Assembly (NCBI GenBank): GCA_963666565.1
Contig: OY762911.1
Span: forward strand, 4,000,001-4,064,000
Direction: 5' to 3'
Source of the DNA: Thermoanaerobaculia bacterium
GTDB lineage: Bacteria > Acidobacteriota > Thermoanaerobaculia > Multivoradales > Multivoraceae
Length of the DNA: 64,000 nucleotides
Each line of letters opens with the position of its first letter. The stretch's first letter is position 1. Positions 28,001 through 37,335 of the stretch are shown here, in pieces. Made by a program: the position numbers and the translations under genes. Below the pieces are notes generated by a model. It did not search any database. It was not told the DNA's origin and worked only from the letters and a program-made list of their open reading frames with translations.

Positions 28001-28810
28001 AGGATCGTCGGCGTCGTGTCGGGATTGACCCCCTCCGGTCTGGCACAGGTGGAGGTCCGGGCCTGGAAGGACTCCCGCTCGCGGGAAACGACGCCGGACA
28101 CCGAAGGGAACTTCTCCCTGGAAGGTCTCAGCCCGGGCGCCTGGCGGGTCGTCGCCACCCGAGGCACGCCAGGCTCGGAGAGGAGAATCGCGGAGAACGT
28201 GACGATCGATCAGGGTGCCGCCGAGACCTTCGTCGAGTTGCGTTTCGAGCGCGGGCGCCGTCTGTCCGGACAGGTGCTCGAAGCCGGGGAACCGCTGGCC
28301 GGTGCGAGGCTGGGGATCGGCGGACAATCCATCCGGACCGACCGCGAAGGCCGCTTCGCGGTCGAGGGACTCGAACCTGGCCGCACGCAGGTGCGCATCA
28401 GCCGGCCGGACTTCAGCGGGACGCAGTACCGGGCGATCGATCTGCAGACCGACCTGGAGGGAGTTCGCCTCGAGCTGGCGCCGGCCGCGGCGACCGTCGC
28501 CGGCACGGTCGTGGACGCGGCATCCGGCCAGCCGCTCGACTTCGTCAGCCTGATTGCTGCCGACGCGGCCACGATAAACGCCCTTGCAACGGACCAGGAC
28601 GCAGGCGCGTCGCTCGTCGGCGCAAGTTTCTCGTTCAGCCAGCCGGGCGGCAGGTTCACTCTCGAACTCGGACCGAACGCCGACCACCTGCTGGCAGCGC
28701 AGGACGGCTACGAGAGCCTCCGGATCCCCCTGGCAATCGAGCCCGGCGAGCGCCGCGAGGGCCTGGTTATCGAGTTGCAGCCGGAAGAGTCCGGAGACCC
28801 GAACCCGTAG
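25004..28810 (+). CDS. Large secreted carboxypeptidase-regulatory-like (Cna-B/transthyretin-type) beta-sandwich repeat protein, copy 1
   Basis: Signal peptide; about a dozen roughly 90-aa repeats of G.V.D..G.P..GA.V...TD..G.F...PG.Y. Confidence 0.85.
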   Translation: MRLRNETLRAATSQSLASLGLVGIAALAGGPVAAQRADSLNTVNGVVVDERGAPTADVEVVLRPYPSEYQVDLFLLGYEDTLPPAVDSTPTGPDGGYSLSAAEAGPYLLEFRPPAVEGRQRSTSPLIYGNLVPLKGSRTAQTVEMPNRHPVAVRILDAAGDPIEGALVVADPSVWIAPRYLGALTRLFRDVQTGTFSPPPEELILPTFHRSVSRTDSEGIARFRMPTAEASLVVSAPGFVRAEGKSASGRAAFRLERAPGVRLRVRGPDGALAPGVLIRTPDTTEAARNLTGANLLGDLGTPGALGAPGAPLAVTGAEGEAVVAPNSTSETSWELEGPDRAFARVSLPTPSPEEGSTRERVVEVRLEAPSRIPGRVVDVASGLAVEGAAIWVQRLPGHRATSGPSGAFDLETGPATTGTRLLATAGGYLPEQTDIAASTDPNPAETRIGLTPEAPIRGVVTDSSGRGVGGAKIRAQPRGAGVPPVGSLTARPATSAPDGAFQLDEVVYGHVYRLTAQAAGYANTSLDLPPLEPGVTIDPIHMVLSAGRQVLGAAVDSNGNPVADVDVALLWPLDPSDFRSPFDAPAVATTTNERGAFAFPAVAPGDYELRLRHPGYSDRPPAPIDVPSGESDLDLGDLTLVAGGTIRGIVTDPDGEPVPGASLQARGRNRIGGTVRTATTDADGRFQMTGLSTDLADLGIRASGYPLLVRPGIRVDSGDSVLIELVPGSAVSGRVVDAGGNDAVGVPVRLRIERDRRSGGSPLLMGPRDMFPRRVTDSQGRFRFDELIPGTWSAEARKGEETAKAGPIELAAAGEREIELVLGTPNRLTVVVATATGDPVAGARITLESPGERLPTGYGQTDGSGEARIDISPGSATVKVEHERLRDESRQVELATGANELRIELHPAAELAGTVRSHDGVPLALATVEAVTEYSPNTERHQRNTASDRNGAFRVTDVEPGSYIVTARSSGYADGGPETPIRVDRESIEGIEIVLQPEARIVGVVSGLTPSGLAQVEVRAWKDSRSRETTPDTEGNFSLEGLSPGAWRVVATRGTPGSERRIAENVTIDQGAAETFVELRFERGRRLSGQVLEAGEPLAGARLGIGGQSIRTDREGRFAVEGLEPGRTQVRISRPDFSGTQYRAIDLQTDLEGVRLELAPAAATVAGTVVDAASGQPLDFVSLIAADAATINALATDQDAGASLVGASFSFSQPGGRFTLELGPNADHLLAAQDGYESLRIPLAIEPGERREGLVIELQPEESGDPNP

Positions 28811-28831
28811 GAGGACTGGAGCGCCGCCGGA

Positions 28832-31800
28832 ATGCCGGACGTGAACCGGAGGTTGGCAGCCTTTGTGCCCCGCCTCATTCTCCTGCTCGCCCTGACCGGG
28901 CTCGCCGCCGGCCAGCTGTGGGCCCAGCCCGCCGCCGAGGCGCCCCTCACCGTCACGGGCACGCTGGTAGACGAACGCGGCGCGCCGGAAGCAGGCGTCG
29001 AAGTCGTCCTGCGGCCCTATCCGAACCGGTTCGAACTCGATCTCGACGTTCTCGGCGTCGCGGACGCGCTGCCCGCGGCGGTCGACCGAAGCCGCTCGGA
29101 CGCGGACGGCGCCTTCGCCGTGTCGGCGCCGGTTCCCGGGCCGTACCGCCTGGAGATGCGCCCTTCCGCACCGGCTGAATCGACCGGTGCCGTGGCGCCC
29201 CTCGTCTACGGAAACCTGGCGCCGCTCACCGCCTCGCGGGTCCTCGAACCGAACGAACTGCCGGACCGCCATCGCGTCGCCGTGCGCGTTCTGGATGCCG
29301 GCGATCGGCCGATCGCGGGGGCCCTGGTCGTCGCGATTCCCACGACCCTGCGGTCCGCCCGGTACGAACGGACGACCCGGCGCCAGCGGCCCCGGCGGCT
29401 CTACCCCAGGTTCCATCGAGCCGCCGCGAGAACGGACGCGGAGGGAGTGGCGCGGTTCCTGATGCCGACCGTCGAGGCCGAGATCGCTACCGCCGCGCCG
29501 GGCTTCGCCATCGGCACGGCGCGGACGGAGGCCGGTCGCGCCGCCTTCCGTCTGGAGCGCGATGCCGGCGTTCGGGTTCGGGTACGGGACCCCAACGGCG
29601 CGCCGGCGCCCGGAGTGCTGATCCGGACGCACGGCCCGAGCAACCTGCCCCTGGCGCTGACCGACGAGCAGGGGGAGGCGCTGGTCAGCGGCGCCTCCGA
29701 CGCCGAAGCCACCTACGAGTTCGAGCGCGCCGACCATGCCCTTGCCACGGCTCCGGCAACGCCGACTCCGCCGGTTGCGGGAGCGCCGGCCGCCGGCGAA
29801 CGCGTCGTTCACGTCCGTCTCGAGACGGCGCTGCGCGTTGCCGGTCGAGTCGTCGATGCGGCATCGGGCGTCCCCGTCGACAACGCGACGGTGTGGGCCG
29901 TCAGCTTCCCCGGACACGCCACATCGAGCGACCGGGCGGGCGGCTTCGAACTGAGCACGCGACTGTCCGGGAGAAAAGCCGCCCTGTCGGTCAACGCCAA
30001 CGGCTACCTGTCCGCCCGCGTCGACGCTGCCGGCGAGCGCGGCGCTACGACCGAGGTGTCCATCCCGCTGGAACCGGCGGCGCCCCTGTCCGGCCTGATC
30101 ACGGACAGCGCCGATCGACCGGTCGCGGGAGCGGCCATCCGGGCCGAGTCGATCGGCGGTTCGCGGCCGGGAGCGGGACCGCGCGGTTCGCTCACGACCG
30201 CCTCCGATGCCAACGGCGCCTTCCGCATCGCCGACGCCGAGTACGACCGGCCCTACCGGCTGACGGTGCGGGCTCAGGGCTTTCCGAGCACCGTCGTCGA
30301 CGCTCCACCCCTGGAGCGGGGCGCGGCCGCGGCGCCGCTCCGGATCGTCCTGACGAAGGGCCGCCGCACCTTCGGGCGTGTCGTCGACACCGAGGGCGCT
30401 CCGGTCGAGGCCGCCGAGGTCAGGCTGCGCCGGCCTCCGGAAACGGGCCGCCGCGTCCCCTTCGACCGGCTCGACGCCACCGAGCCCACGACGACGGACG
30501 AACAGGGCGACTTCCAGCTTCCGCCCGTCAGCACTGGAGAGTACGAGGTGCGCATCGTGCGCGCCGAGTACATAGGCACGGGAGACAGGAGAGTCGAGGT
30601 GCCGCGCGGCGAAGGGACCTTCGACCTCGGCTCGTTCACCCTGGTGCCGGGCGCGGAGATCTTCGGCGTTGTCAGCGACCCCGAAGGTCTGCCGGTCCCC
30701 GGCGCCACGGTGGAGTTCCCCAGGTACGGCGCGGACCGGGATCAGGGACGGTCGACCGCCACGGATCTCGACGGGACCTTCCGCCTTACCGGGCTTCCCC
30801 ACGACCTGGTCGATCTCGACGTTCGCGCGGAGGGCTTCGTACCGTTGACCCTAGGCGGCGCCCGGCCGGACACCGGCGAACCGATCCTCATCGAACTGCG
30901 GACGGGCGCGACGCTCTTGGGCCGCGTCCTGGACGACGCCGGGAACCCGGTCGCCGGCGCCTCGCTGATGCTCGATCCCGACGAGCAGACGCTGACGCGA
31001 TTGGGAGGATGGTCCTCGGTGGACTACTTCAAGAGCACCGGCAGCGACGGCCGCTTCCGCTTCGAGAACGTGGGCGCGGGGACCTGGTCGCTCGAAGCGG
31101 AGGACGGAGACGCCAAGGCTCGACTCGAAGCGATCGAACTGACCACGGGAACCGAGCGCGTCGTCGAGCTCCACTTGAGCGCCCGGAATCGCCTGACGGT
31201 CACCGTGACCACCTTCCGGGGCGACCCCGTGTCCGAGGCGGAGATTCTCGTCCAGAGCAACCAGCACCTCTACTCCAGCGCCTACGGCAGGACCGACGCC
31301 AGCGGCAGCGCGCGGATCGGAATCGAGCCCGGACCGGCCACCGTCCGCACCTTGCACGAGGAGCACGAGGACGATACGCGGAAGGTCGTTCTCGAAGCCG
31401 GGAGCAACGAACTGGCGATCCAGCTCGGATCCGGCGGAACGATCGCCGGCACCGTCCGGTCGGCCGACGGTCCGCCGCTCGCCGCCGCAACCGTCGAAGC
31501 CCACTCGGAAGACGACCTCGACACGCCGGTGCGGTACCGCCGCTACGGGGACTCGGCGAAGACGCTGTCGAACGGGCAGGGACAATTCCGCATATCGGGA
31601 CTCGAGCCGGGAACGTACCTTCTCCTCGGCCGGGCGCCCGGCTTCGCCGCCGACGGTCCCGACCAACCGTTCGTTGTGGACGGCCAGAGCGTGGACGGCG
31701 TCGACATCGTCCTCCAGCCGGGAGGCTTGATCGCCGGAGTCGTCAGCGGGCTCGGTTCCGCGGAACTGAGCCAGGTGCGGATCGAAGCCTCGAATCGAGC

Positions 31801-32539
31801 CCGGTGGCAAACCGCGGCGCCCGACAGCGAGGGGAACTTCGCGCTCGACGACGTGGCGGCCGGGGAGTGGAAGGTCGTCGCCCGCAAAGGCGCGTCCTTC
31901 GGGGGACGGGCCGTCGAACGGACCGTGACGGTGGGCCCCGGGTCGTCCGAGGCGTTCGTCGAGCTCCCGTTCGAACGCGGCCTGCGCCTGAGCGGACAGG
32001 TGTTCGTGGCCGGCGAGCCGATGATCGGCGGAGCCCTGGGCGCCGTTCCACGGGAGGGCGAAGAGGCTCAGTGGACCCGGACCGATCATCTGGGCCGCTT
32101 CGAGATGAGCGGTCTGGACCCCGGCCCTTACGACCTGAGGATCGAGGAGGCGACAGGAAGCGCGGAACATCGATCGATCGACCTGCAGTCCGACCTGGAG
32201 GGCCTGCGCATCGACCTTCAGAGACCGGCTTCGGTGGAAGGCCTCGTCGTCGATGGGGTAACCGGTCAACCCCTCGCCTACGCCTGGCTGACGGCGGGGA
32301 GCGCGCAGCAGATCGCGGCGCTCAGGAGCGACGACTCGGGATCCGGTTCAGCCGGAGAGACGATGAGCGAGAACGGCGGCCGTTTCACGCTCCGGTTCGG
32401 GCCAGGCGCCGAACAGTTGTGGGTCGAACGCGAGGGCTACCAGGACGCCTTCCTTTCCCTGAACGTGGCCCCCGGTCAGCGGCAGGAAGGACTCGTCATC
32501 CGCCTGCGGCCGGAAACACCCGAGGCGCCGGACCGCTAG
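28832..32539 (+). CDS. Large secreted beta-sandwich repeat protein, copy 2
   Basis: Collinear with copy 1 (VVLRPYP, GPYRLE, ARFLMPT, GRAAFRLER, C-terminal EGLVI.L); signal peptide. Confidence 0.85.
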   Translation: MPDVNRRLAAFVPRLILLLALTGLAAGQLWAQPAAEAPLTVTGTLVDERGAPEAGVEVVLRPYPNRFELDLDVLGVADALPAAVDRSRSDADGAFAVSAPVPGPYRLEMRPSAPAESTGAVAPLVYGNLAPLTASRVLEPNELPDRHRVAVRVLDAGDRPIAGALVVAIPTTLRSARYERTTRRQRPRRLYPRFHRAAARTDAEGVARFLMPTVEAEIATAAPGFAIGTARTEAGRAAFRLERDAGVRVRVRDPNGAPAPGVLIRTHGPSNLPLALTDEQGEALVSGASDAEATYEFERADHALATAPATPTPPVAGAPAAGERVVHVRLETALRVAGRVVDAASGVPVDNATVWAVSFPGHATSSDRAGGFELSTRLSGRKAALSVNANGYLSARVDAAGERGATTEVSIPLEPAAPLSGLITDSADRPVAGAAIRAESIGGSRPGAGPRGSLTTASDANGAFRIADAEYDRPYRLTVRAQGFPSTVVDAPPLERGAAAAPLRIVLTKGRRTFGRVVDTEGAPVEAAEVRLRRPPETGRRVPFDRLDATEPTTTDEQGDFQLPPVSTGEYEVRIVRAEYIGTGDRRVEVPRGEGTFDLGSFTLVPGAEIFGVVSDPEGLPVPGATVEFPRYGADRDQGRSTATDLDGTFRLTGLPHDLVDLDVRAEGFVPLTLGGARPDTGEPILIELRTGATLLGRVLDDAGNPVAGASLMLDPDEQTLTRLGGWSSVDYFKSTGSDGRFRFENVGAGTWSLEAEDGDAKARLEAIELTTGTERVVELHLSARNRLTVTVTTFRGDPVSEAEILVQSNQHLYSSAYGRTDASGSARIGIEPGPATVRTLHEEHEDDTRKVVLEAGSNELAIQLGSGGTIAGTVRSADGPPLAAATVEAHSEDDLDTPVRYRRYGDSAKTLSNGQGQFRISGLEPGTYLLLGRAPGFAADGPDQPFVVDGQSVDGVDIVLQPGGLIAGVVSGLGSAELSQVRIEASNRARWQTAAPDSEGNFALDDVAAGEWKVVARKGASFGGRAVERTVTVGPGSSEAFVELPFERGLRLSGQVFVAGEPMIGGALGAVPREGEEAQWTRTDHLGRFEMSGLDPGPYDLRIEEATGSAEHRSIDLQSDLEGLRIDLQRPASVEGLVVDGVTGQPLAYAWLTAGSAQQIAALRSDDSGSGSAGETMSENGGRFTLRFGPGAEQLWVEREGYQDAFLSLNVAPGQRQEGLVIRLRPETPEAPDR

Positions 32540-32557
32540 CCCTGTTAGCGTTCACGA

Positions 32558-35467
32558 ATGCTCGGCCCGCCGTCCAGGTCGCGACTCACCGTGCCGCGGC
32601 CGTTTCTGTGCCTCGGCGTGGCCGCTCTCGCGACCGGCTCACTCTGGGCTCAGCCGGCCGCCGAGGCGCCGCTCACCGTCACCGGCACCCTCGTCGACGA
32701 ACGCGGTTCTCCCGTCGCCGGCGTCGAAGTCGTCCTGCGCCCGTATCCGAACCGGTACGAACTGGACCTCGCCTTCCTGGGCCATCCCGAGGCGCTGCCG
32801 GAAGCCGTGGAGCGAGTCCTCTCCGGTCCTGAGGGCGGCTTCTCGCTGTCGGCGCCCTTGGTCGGCCCATACCGGCTGGAGATTCGGCCGAGCCCGGCGG
32901 CAGCCGGTCCGGCCACCGTCGCGCGCGCCTATCGGCATCTCGCGCCCCTGCGGGTTCCCCTGCACCTCGAGCCCATCGAGCTGCCGGACCGCCACCCCCT
33001 GACGATCCGGGCACTGGACGCCGACGGCCAGCCCGTCGAAGGCGCCGTGGTGATTGCGATTCCCGAGCCCAGGCAGCGCACGGGCAACCCTCCCTACCGG
33101 CCTCCGCACGAACAACCGGAGCGCCTCCACCCCGAGTTCGAGCGCGCGGCCGCGCGCACGGACGGCCAGGGAATCGCCCGGTTCCTGATGCCGTCGCAGG
33201 CTGCGGACGTCGTCGTCCGGGCGGACGGCTTCGCGGCGCGGCGCGCGAACGTGGAGTCGGGCCGCGCCGCCCTGAGGCTCGATTCCGCACCGCACATCAT
33301 CCTTCGCGTCCGCGGTCCGGACGGCGAACCCGCAAACCGGGCCGTGATCCGGCGAGCCGGCGGCGCCGACGAAGTTCCGATCGCTCTGACCGGCGAGGAC
33401 GGTCTGGCTGCGGTCGGCCTCGGCGCCGACGAACGGGCAACGCTCGTGGCGGAGGCGCCTGACGGCTCGTGGATGCGCACGACAACCCGGAATGAACCCG
33501 CTCGGGAAAGCGCTTCCGAACCGTCGGTCCAGGAGCTCCTGCTGCAGCCGCCCGCGGTCATCGCCGGCCGGATCGCGGACGCGACGACCGGGCTCGGCGT
33601 GCCCGACTCGGTGGTGTGGGTTCGCTCCGATCCCGGCCGGCACACGGTTGCGGACTCCTCCGGAGGCTTCCGCCTCTACGCTCCGCTCCCTCAGCGGCGC
33701 ATCGAACTCGGCGCGGTCGCCAGCGACTACCTTGCCGCGACCGCGACCGTCAACGCGGACCGCATCCGCGCGGGGGCAGACGTCCTGGTCGGACTGGCGC
33801 CGGCCGCGCCTCTCGCCGGCCGGGTCGTCGATGGCTTCGGCCGCCCCGTGGCCGGGGCCAACGTCCAGTCCGAGCCAACCGACGACGAGCCACTCGAATG
33901 GCGCACGGACCGGCACGGACGGGCGACATCCGGGCCCGATGGATCGTTCTGGATCCCGAACGCCGTGTACGGCAGCGGCTACCGACTCACCGTCGAAGCC
34001 CCTTCCTACGCTCCCGCGCAACACGACTTGCCGCCCTTCGAGCGAGCTTCCCCGGTGGAGCCGGTCCACATCGTGCTGTCGCAGGGACGGCAGCCCTGGG
34101 GCACCGTCACCGATCCGGAAGGGGCGCCGGTAGCCGGCGCCGAGATCCGACTCTCGTGGCCCTCCGAGTATCCCGAGCTTCCCGCGAGCTTCAGTGACGA
34201 CGAGGCAGTTGAGGCGGTGCTCTCAAACAACCGCGGCGAGTTCGAATTCGCAACCGTGGCGCCCGGCCAGTACGGCGTCAGCATCTCCCATCCGGAGTAC
34301 GTCCATCTGGACGGGAAGCCGGCGAACGTTCCTCAAGGCGCCGGCTACTTCGACCTGGGAGTCTTCGTCCTCACGCCCGGCGCCGAGATACACGGCGTGG
34401 TTTCCGACCCCGATCAGGGTCCCCTGGAGGGTGTGGAGATCAGCGCAAGGCAACGAAGCCAGATCCTGTCGGGGCAGACGCGGACCGCAACCACCGACGC
34501 CAGAGGGCGTTTCCGGCTGGGCGGACTGCTGACCACCGTACTGGCCGACCTCACTGCGACAGCGGACGGCTATGCCCCTGCCGCCGTCGAATCCGTGCGG
34601 CCGGCGACCGGCGAGCCAGTTCTGATCGAGCTCGCCAGGGGCGCTTCGCTGAGTGGACGGGTGTTCAATCCGGATGGCAGCGCCGCCGCCGGTGTCCAGG
34701 TTGGCCTGTCCGTGCCCTATACCGAGTTCCGCCGCCGCGCAGTGTTCGGCGAGCACGTCTTTCACTCCGCCCGCGCGGACAACGACGGCCGGTTCCGGTT
34801 CGATCGGCTCGTTCCCGCCAGATGGTCCCTCGAAGCTGTAGACCGGACGGCCCGGGCCACGCTGGAAGGCATCGAACTGGGATCGGGCGCTTCGCGCGAG
34901 GTCGAGATCAACGACCGATCCGTCGCCAACGTGACGATCCGGCTCGAACCGGGGGCCGAGATTCGCGGCATGGTCACCGGCCTCGACGCCGGCGACATGG
35001 CGACCGTGGGAGTCGAGGCCTGGCAAGGCGCTCTGTTTCGGAGCGCCTCCCCCGACCTCGACGGCAGCTTCTCGATCGAGGCTCTCGCGCCCGGCACCTG
35101 GCAGTTCTCCGCGACGACCGGGGAGCGGCGATCGCCAATGCAGAGCGTGACGGTCGATCCGGGGGCTGCATACGCAACCGTCGAGCTGCACTTCCAGCCG
35201 GGCTTTCGGGTGACCGGCCAGATGTTCGTGGCGGGCGTACCCGCCACCGACGGTTTCGTCACGGCGTCGCAGCCGGGTCAGGAGAACCCGAGACGGACGA
35301 GAACCGATCACCAGGGCCGCTTCGAGATGAAGGGACTGCCGGCCGGCGGCTACCAACTGCAGTTCCGACACCGTCTCGGAGCCACTACCGAGCAGCCGCT
35401 GGACCTGCAGAGCGACTACCACAACCTGCTCGTGCATCTGCAGCCGCTCTCCGACGATCAGAACTGA
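32558..35467 (+). CDS. Secreted beta-sandwich repeat protein, copy 3 (internally deleted, shorter)
   Basis: N-terminus WAQPAAEAPLTVTGTLVDERG identical to copy 2; about two repeats missing near 34905 and final repeat absent. Confidence 0.85.
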   Translation: MLGPPSRSRLTVPRPFLCLGVAALATGSLWAQPAAEAPLTVTGTLVDERGSPVAGVEVVLRPYPNRYELDLAFLGHPEALPEAVERVLSGPEGGFSLSAPLVGPYRLEIRPSPAAAGPATVARAYRHLAPLRVPLHLEPIELPDRHPLTIRALDADGQPVEGAVVIAIPEPRQRTGNPPYRPPHEQPERLHPEFERAAARTDGQGIARFLMPSQAADVVVRADGFAARRANVESGRAALRLDSAPHIILRVRGPDGEPANRAVIRRAGGADEVPIALTGEDGLAAVGLGADERATLVAEAPDGSWMRTTTRNEPARESASEPSVQELLLQPPAVIAGRIADATTGLGVPDSVVWVRSDPGRHTVADSSGGFRLYAPLPQRRIELGAVASDYLAATATVNADRIRAGADVLVGLAPAAPLAGRVVDGFGRPVAGANVQSEPTDDEPLEWRTDRHGRATSGPDGSFWIPNAVYGSGYRLTVEAPSYAPAQHDLPPFERASPVEPVHIVLSQGRQPWGTVTDPEGAPVAGAEIRLSWPSEYPELPASFSDDEAVEAVLSNNRGEFEFATVAPGQYGVSISHPEYVHLDGKPANVPQGAGYFDLGVFVLTPGAEIHGVVSDPDQGPLEGVEISARQRSQILSGQTRTATTDARGRFRLGGLLTTVLADLTATADGYAPAAVESVRPATGEPVLIELARGASLSGRVFNPDGSAAAGVQVGLSVPYTEFRRRAVFGEHVFHSARADNDGRFRFDRLVPARWSLEAVDRTARATLEGIELGSGASREVEINDRSVANVTIRLEPGAEIRGMVTGLDAGDMATVGVEAWQGALFRSASPDLDGSFSIEALAPGTWQFSATTGERRSPMQSVTVDPGAAYATVELHFQPGFRVTGQMFVAGVPATDGFVTASQPGQENPRRTRTDHQGRFEMKGLPAGGYQLQFRHRLGATTEQPLDLQSDYHNLLVHLQPLSDDQN

Positions 35468-35507
35468 TCGGCGGGTCGCCAAACGACGTCGGGTAACCGT
35501 GCGGGAG

Positions 35508-36920
35508 TCACCTCCGCTCGTACGTGTACAGCCTCCGCCCGCTCGCCGACACCGTCTCCACATGACGGATCGCGGCGTACGGTTCCAGCGCCGCCTCCCA
35601 CGCCTCCGGCGTGTAGTCGGCGAAGCGGTCGCCCCGCAACGTGAGCAGGTCGTCGACCCTCGGATCCCCCTGGGGAACGAACTCGACCAGGCCGCGCGGC
35701 GCCAGGGAAACGAGCCAGGAGGCGATCCGCGGCAACGGCACGTTGCGGCCGATGGCCAGGTGGTGGAGCACGGCCAGCGCCACCAGGGCGCCCGCGCCGC
35801 GCGAGCGATGCGCCAGCGAGCGCCTCTCCGTCTGGGACCAGCCCTGGTCGGGCGACGGGTTGGCCAGATCCTGGTAGAGGGGCAGGAAGCGCAGACGATC
35901 CGAGCGCGCGCGCGCGCAGGCGGCCTCCAGCGCGCCGAAGTCCGCGTCGAAGCCGATCGCGTCGCGCACGCCGCCTTCCAGGGCGATGGCGGAGAACTCG
36001 CCCGTGTTGCAGCCGAGATCCCAGAGCTGCTCCGGCGGCGCCTCGGCAATGAAGGAGCGCACGGATTCCGCCTTGCGCGAGGCTTCGGCCGTGTCGTAGC
36101 TGGTCAGCAGCGAGTAGTCGCTCCAGGTCGTGTCCGTGCCCCGGGGCACGAGACTCTCGATCCAGCGCCGAAGCTGGGTGAGGAGACCGCGGTAGGCGTT
36201 GCGCGGCAGCGCACGTCTCTTTGTCCGCTTCGCCGCTTCGCTGCGCGAACCCGCGCGGCGCTCGAAGCGAAGCGGGAGCAGGACATGCGCCTGCATCCTC
36301 GCCGACCAGCGCCGCCGGCGCGGCAGCAGGGCCGCCAGTTCGCGGCCGGGGATTCCCTCCTGCATCCCGCGATACCAGGCGTTGTGGGGAACGCCGAGTT
36401 CCGCCGCCAGCAGCAGGGGGTTCAGGAACTGCTCGCAGAACTGCGAGTGGCCCTCCCAGTACTCGCCTTCGCGATAGCGCCGCAACGACAGCCAGTCGAT
36501 GAACACCGGCTTGGCGCCCTTGAACTGCACGTTGTAGGCGCTCGCGTCGGAGAGCGAGATGTCCCTGTCGAGCAGCCGGATCTGCATCTCCAGGTGATGA
36601 AGCGCGGCCGCCTTCAGGAGGGAGAAGGGCCACTCGTAAGGATAGGAGATGAAGGGCAGGCGGGGATGCTCCAGGACCAACCCTCCGGGCGGCGGCAGGA
36701 CGCCGGCCTCGACCGGATCCACTTCCTCCGCCGCCACCAGCCCTCCCTCGACGACCAGCGCATCGACGAGGCCGCACTTCCGCGCGTAGCGGTACTCCTC
36801 GACCGCGGCCGGCGCGACGCTTCTGAAGATGCGGCCGTCCCGGCCCTCGATCACCTGCCCCGCCGGATCGCGGAAAGAGGAAGGCTCGGCCTGGGACTCG
36901 CCCGCAGCCCCGGCCCGCAC
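35508..36920 (-). CDS. NoeA-like protein: N-terminal kinase-like domain plus class I SAM-dependent methyltransferase
   Basis: SSFRDPAG, SYPYEW, LSDASAYNVQF, VFID, then WDLGCNTGEFS (MTase motif I), LAVLHHL. Confidence 0.8.
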   Translation of the reverse strand: MRAGAAGESQAEPSSFRDPAGQVIEGRDGRIFRSVAPAAVEEYRYARKCGLVDALVVEGGLVAAEEVDPVEAGVLPPPGGLVLEHPRLPFISYPYEWPFSLLKAAALHHLEMQIRLLDRDISLSDASAYNVQFKGAKPVFIDWLSLRRYREGEYWEGHSQFCEQFLNPLLLAAELGVPHNAWYRGMQEGIPGRELAALLPRRRRWSARMQAHVLLPLRFERRAGSRSEAAKRTKRRALPRNAYRGLLTQLRRWIESLVPRGTDTTWSDYSLLTSYDTAEASRKAESVRSFIAEAPPEQLWDLGCNTGEFSAIALEGGVRDAIGFDADFGALEAACARARSDRLRFLPLYQDLANPSPDQGWSQTERRSLAHRSRGAGALVALAVLHHLAIGRNVPLPRIASWLVSLAPRGLVEFVPQGDPRVDDLLTLRGDRFADYTPEAWEAALEPYAAIRHVETVSASGRRLYTYERR

Positions 36921-37135
36921 TACTCGGACTCGGGCTCGTCGGTACTGCCGAAGCCGAAGAAGGCCTGAATGCGATGCCAGTAGTACCTGAAGGCAAGTGC
37001 CGCAGCCGCCACGCCGCCGATCACCGCCTGCAGAATCATGCTGCCCGACGCCGGATCAAGGTATGCATGGGCCGTTTGCGGCACGATCAATGCCACGATC
37101 AAGGCAACCAGCAGACTGGTTCGATGCTTCGCCAT
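36920..37135 (-). CDS. Small membrane protein, AHAYLDPxSGS type (71 aa)
   Basis: Hydrophobic N-segment, AHA-YLDPASGSMILQ, second TM helix, aromatic/basic tail; stop overlaps the start of the methyltransferase. Confidence 0.8.
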   Translation of the reverse strand: MAKHRTSLLVALIVALIVPQTAHAYLDPASGSMILQAVIGGVAAAALAFRYYWHRIQAFFGFGSTDEPESE

Positions 37136-37335
37136 TCGTCTCGCTCCCCGGGGACGCTTCCCGCCACCCCCGGTGAATCGTCCGTGAAGACGAACAGATC
37201 CGGGGCGTTTCGTCAAGGGATCCCGACCGCGCTACGCCTCTCGCCGAGGACGTTGATCGCCCGTCGCGCGCTAGAATACGCGAAGGGTCGCCGAACCGAA
37301 ATGCCCCATCCTTCTGGAACCGGGCGTCGCATCGC

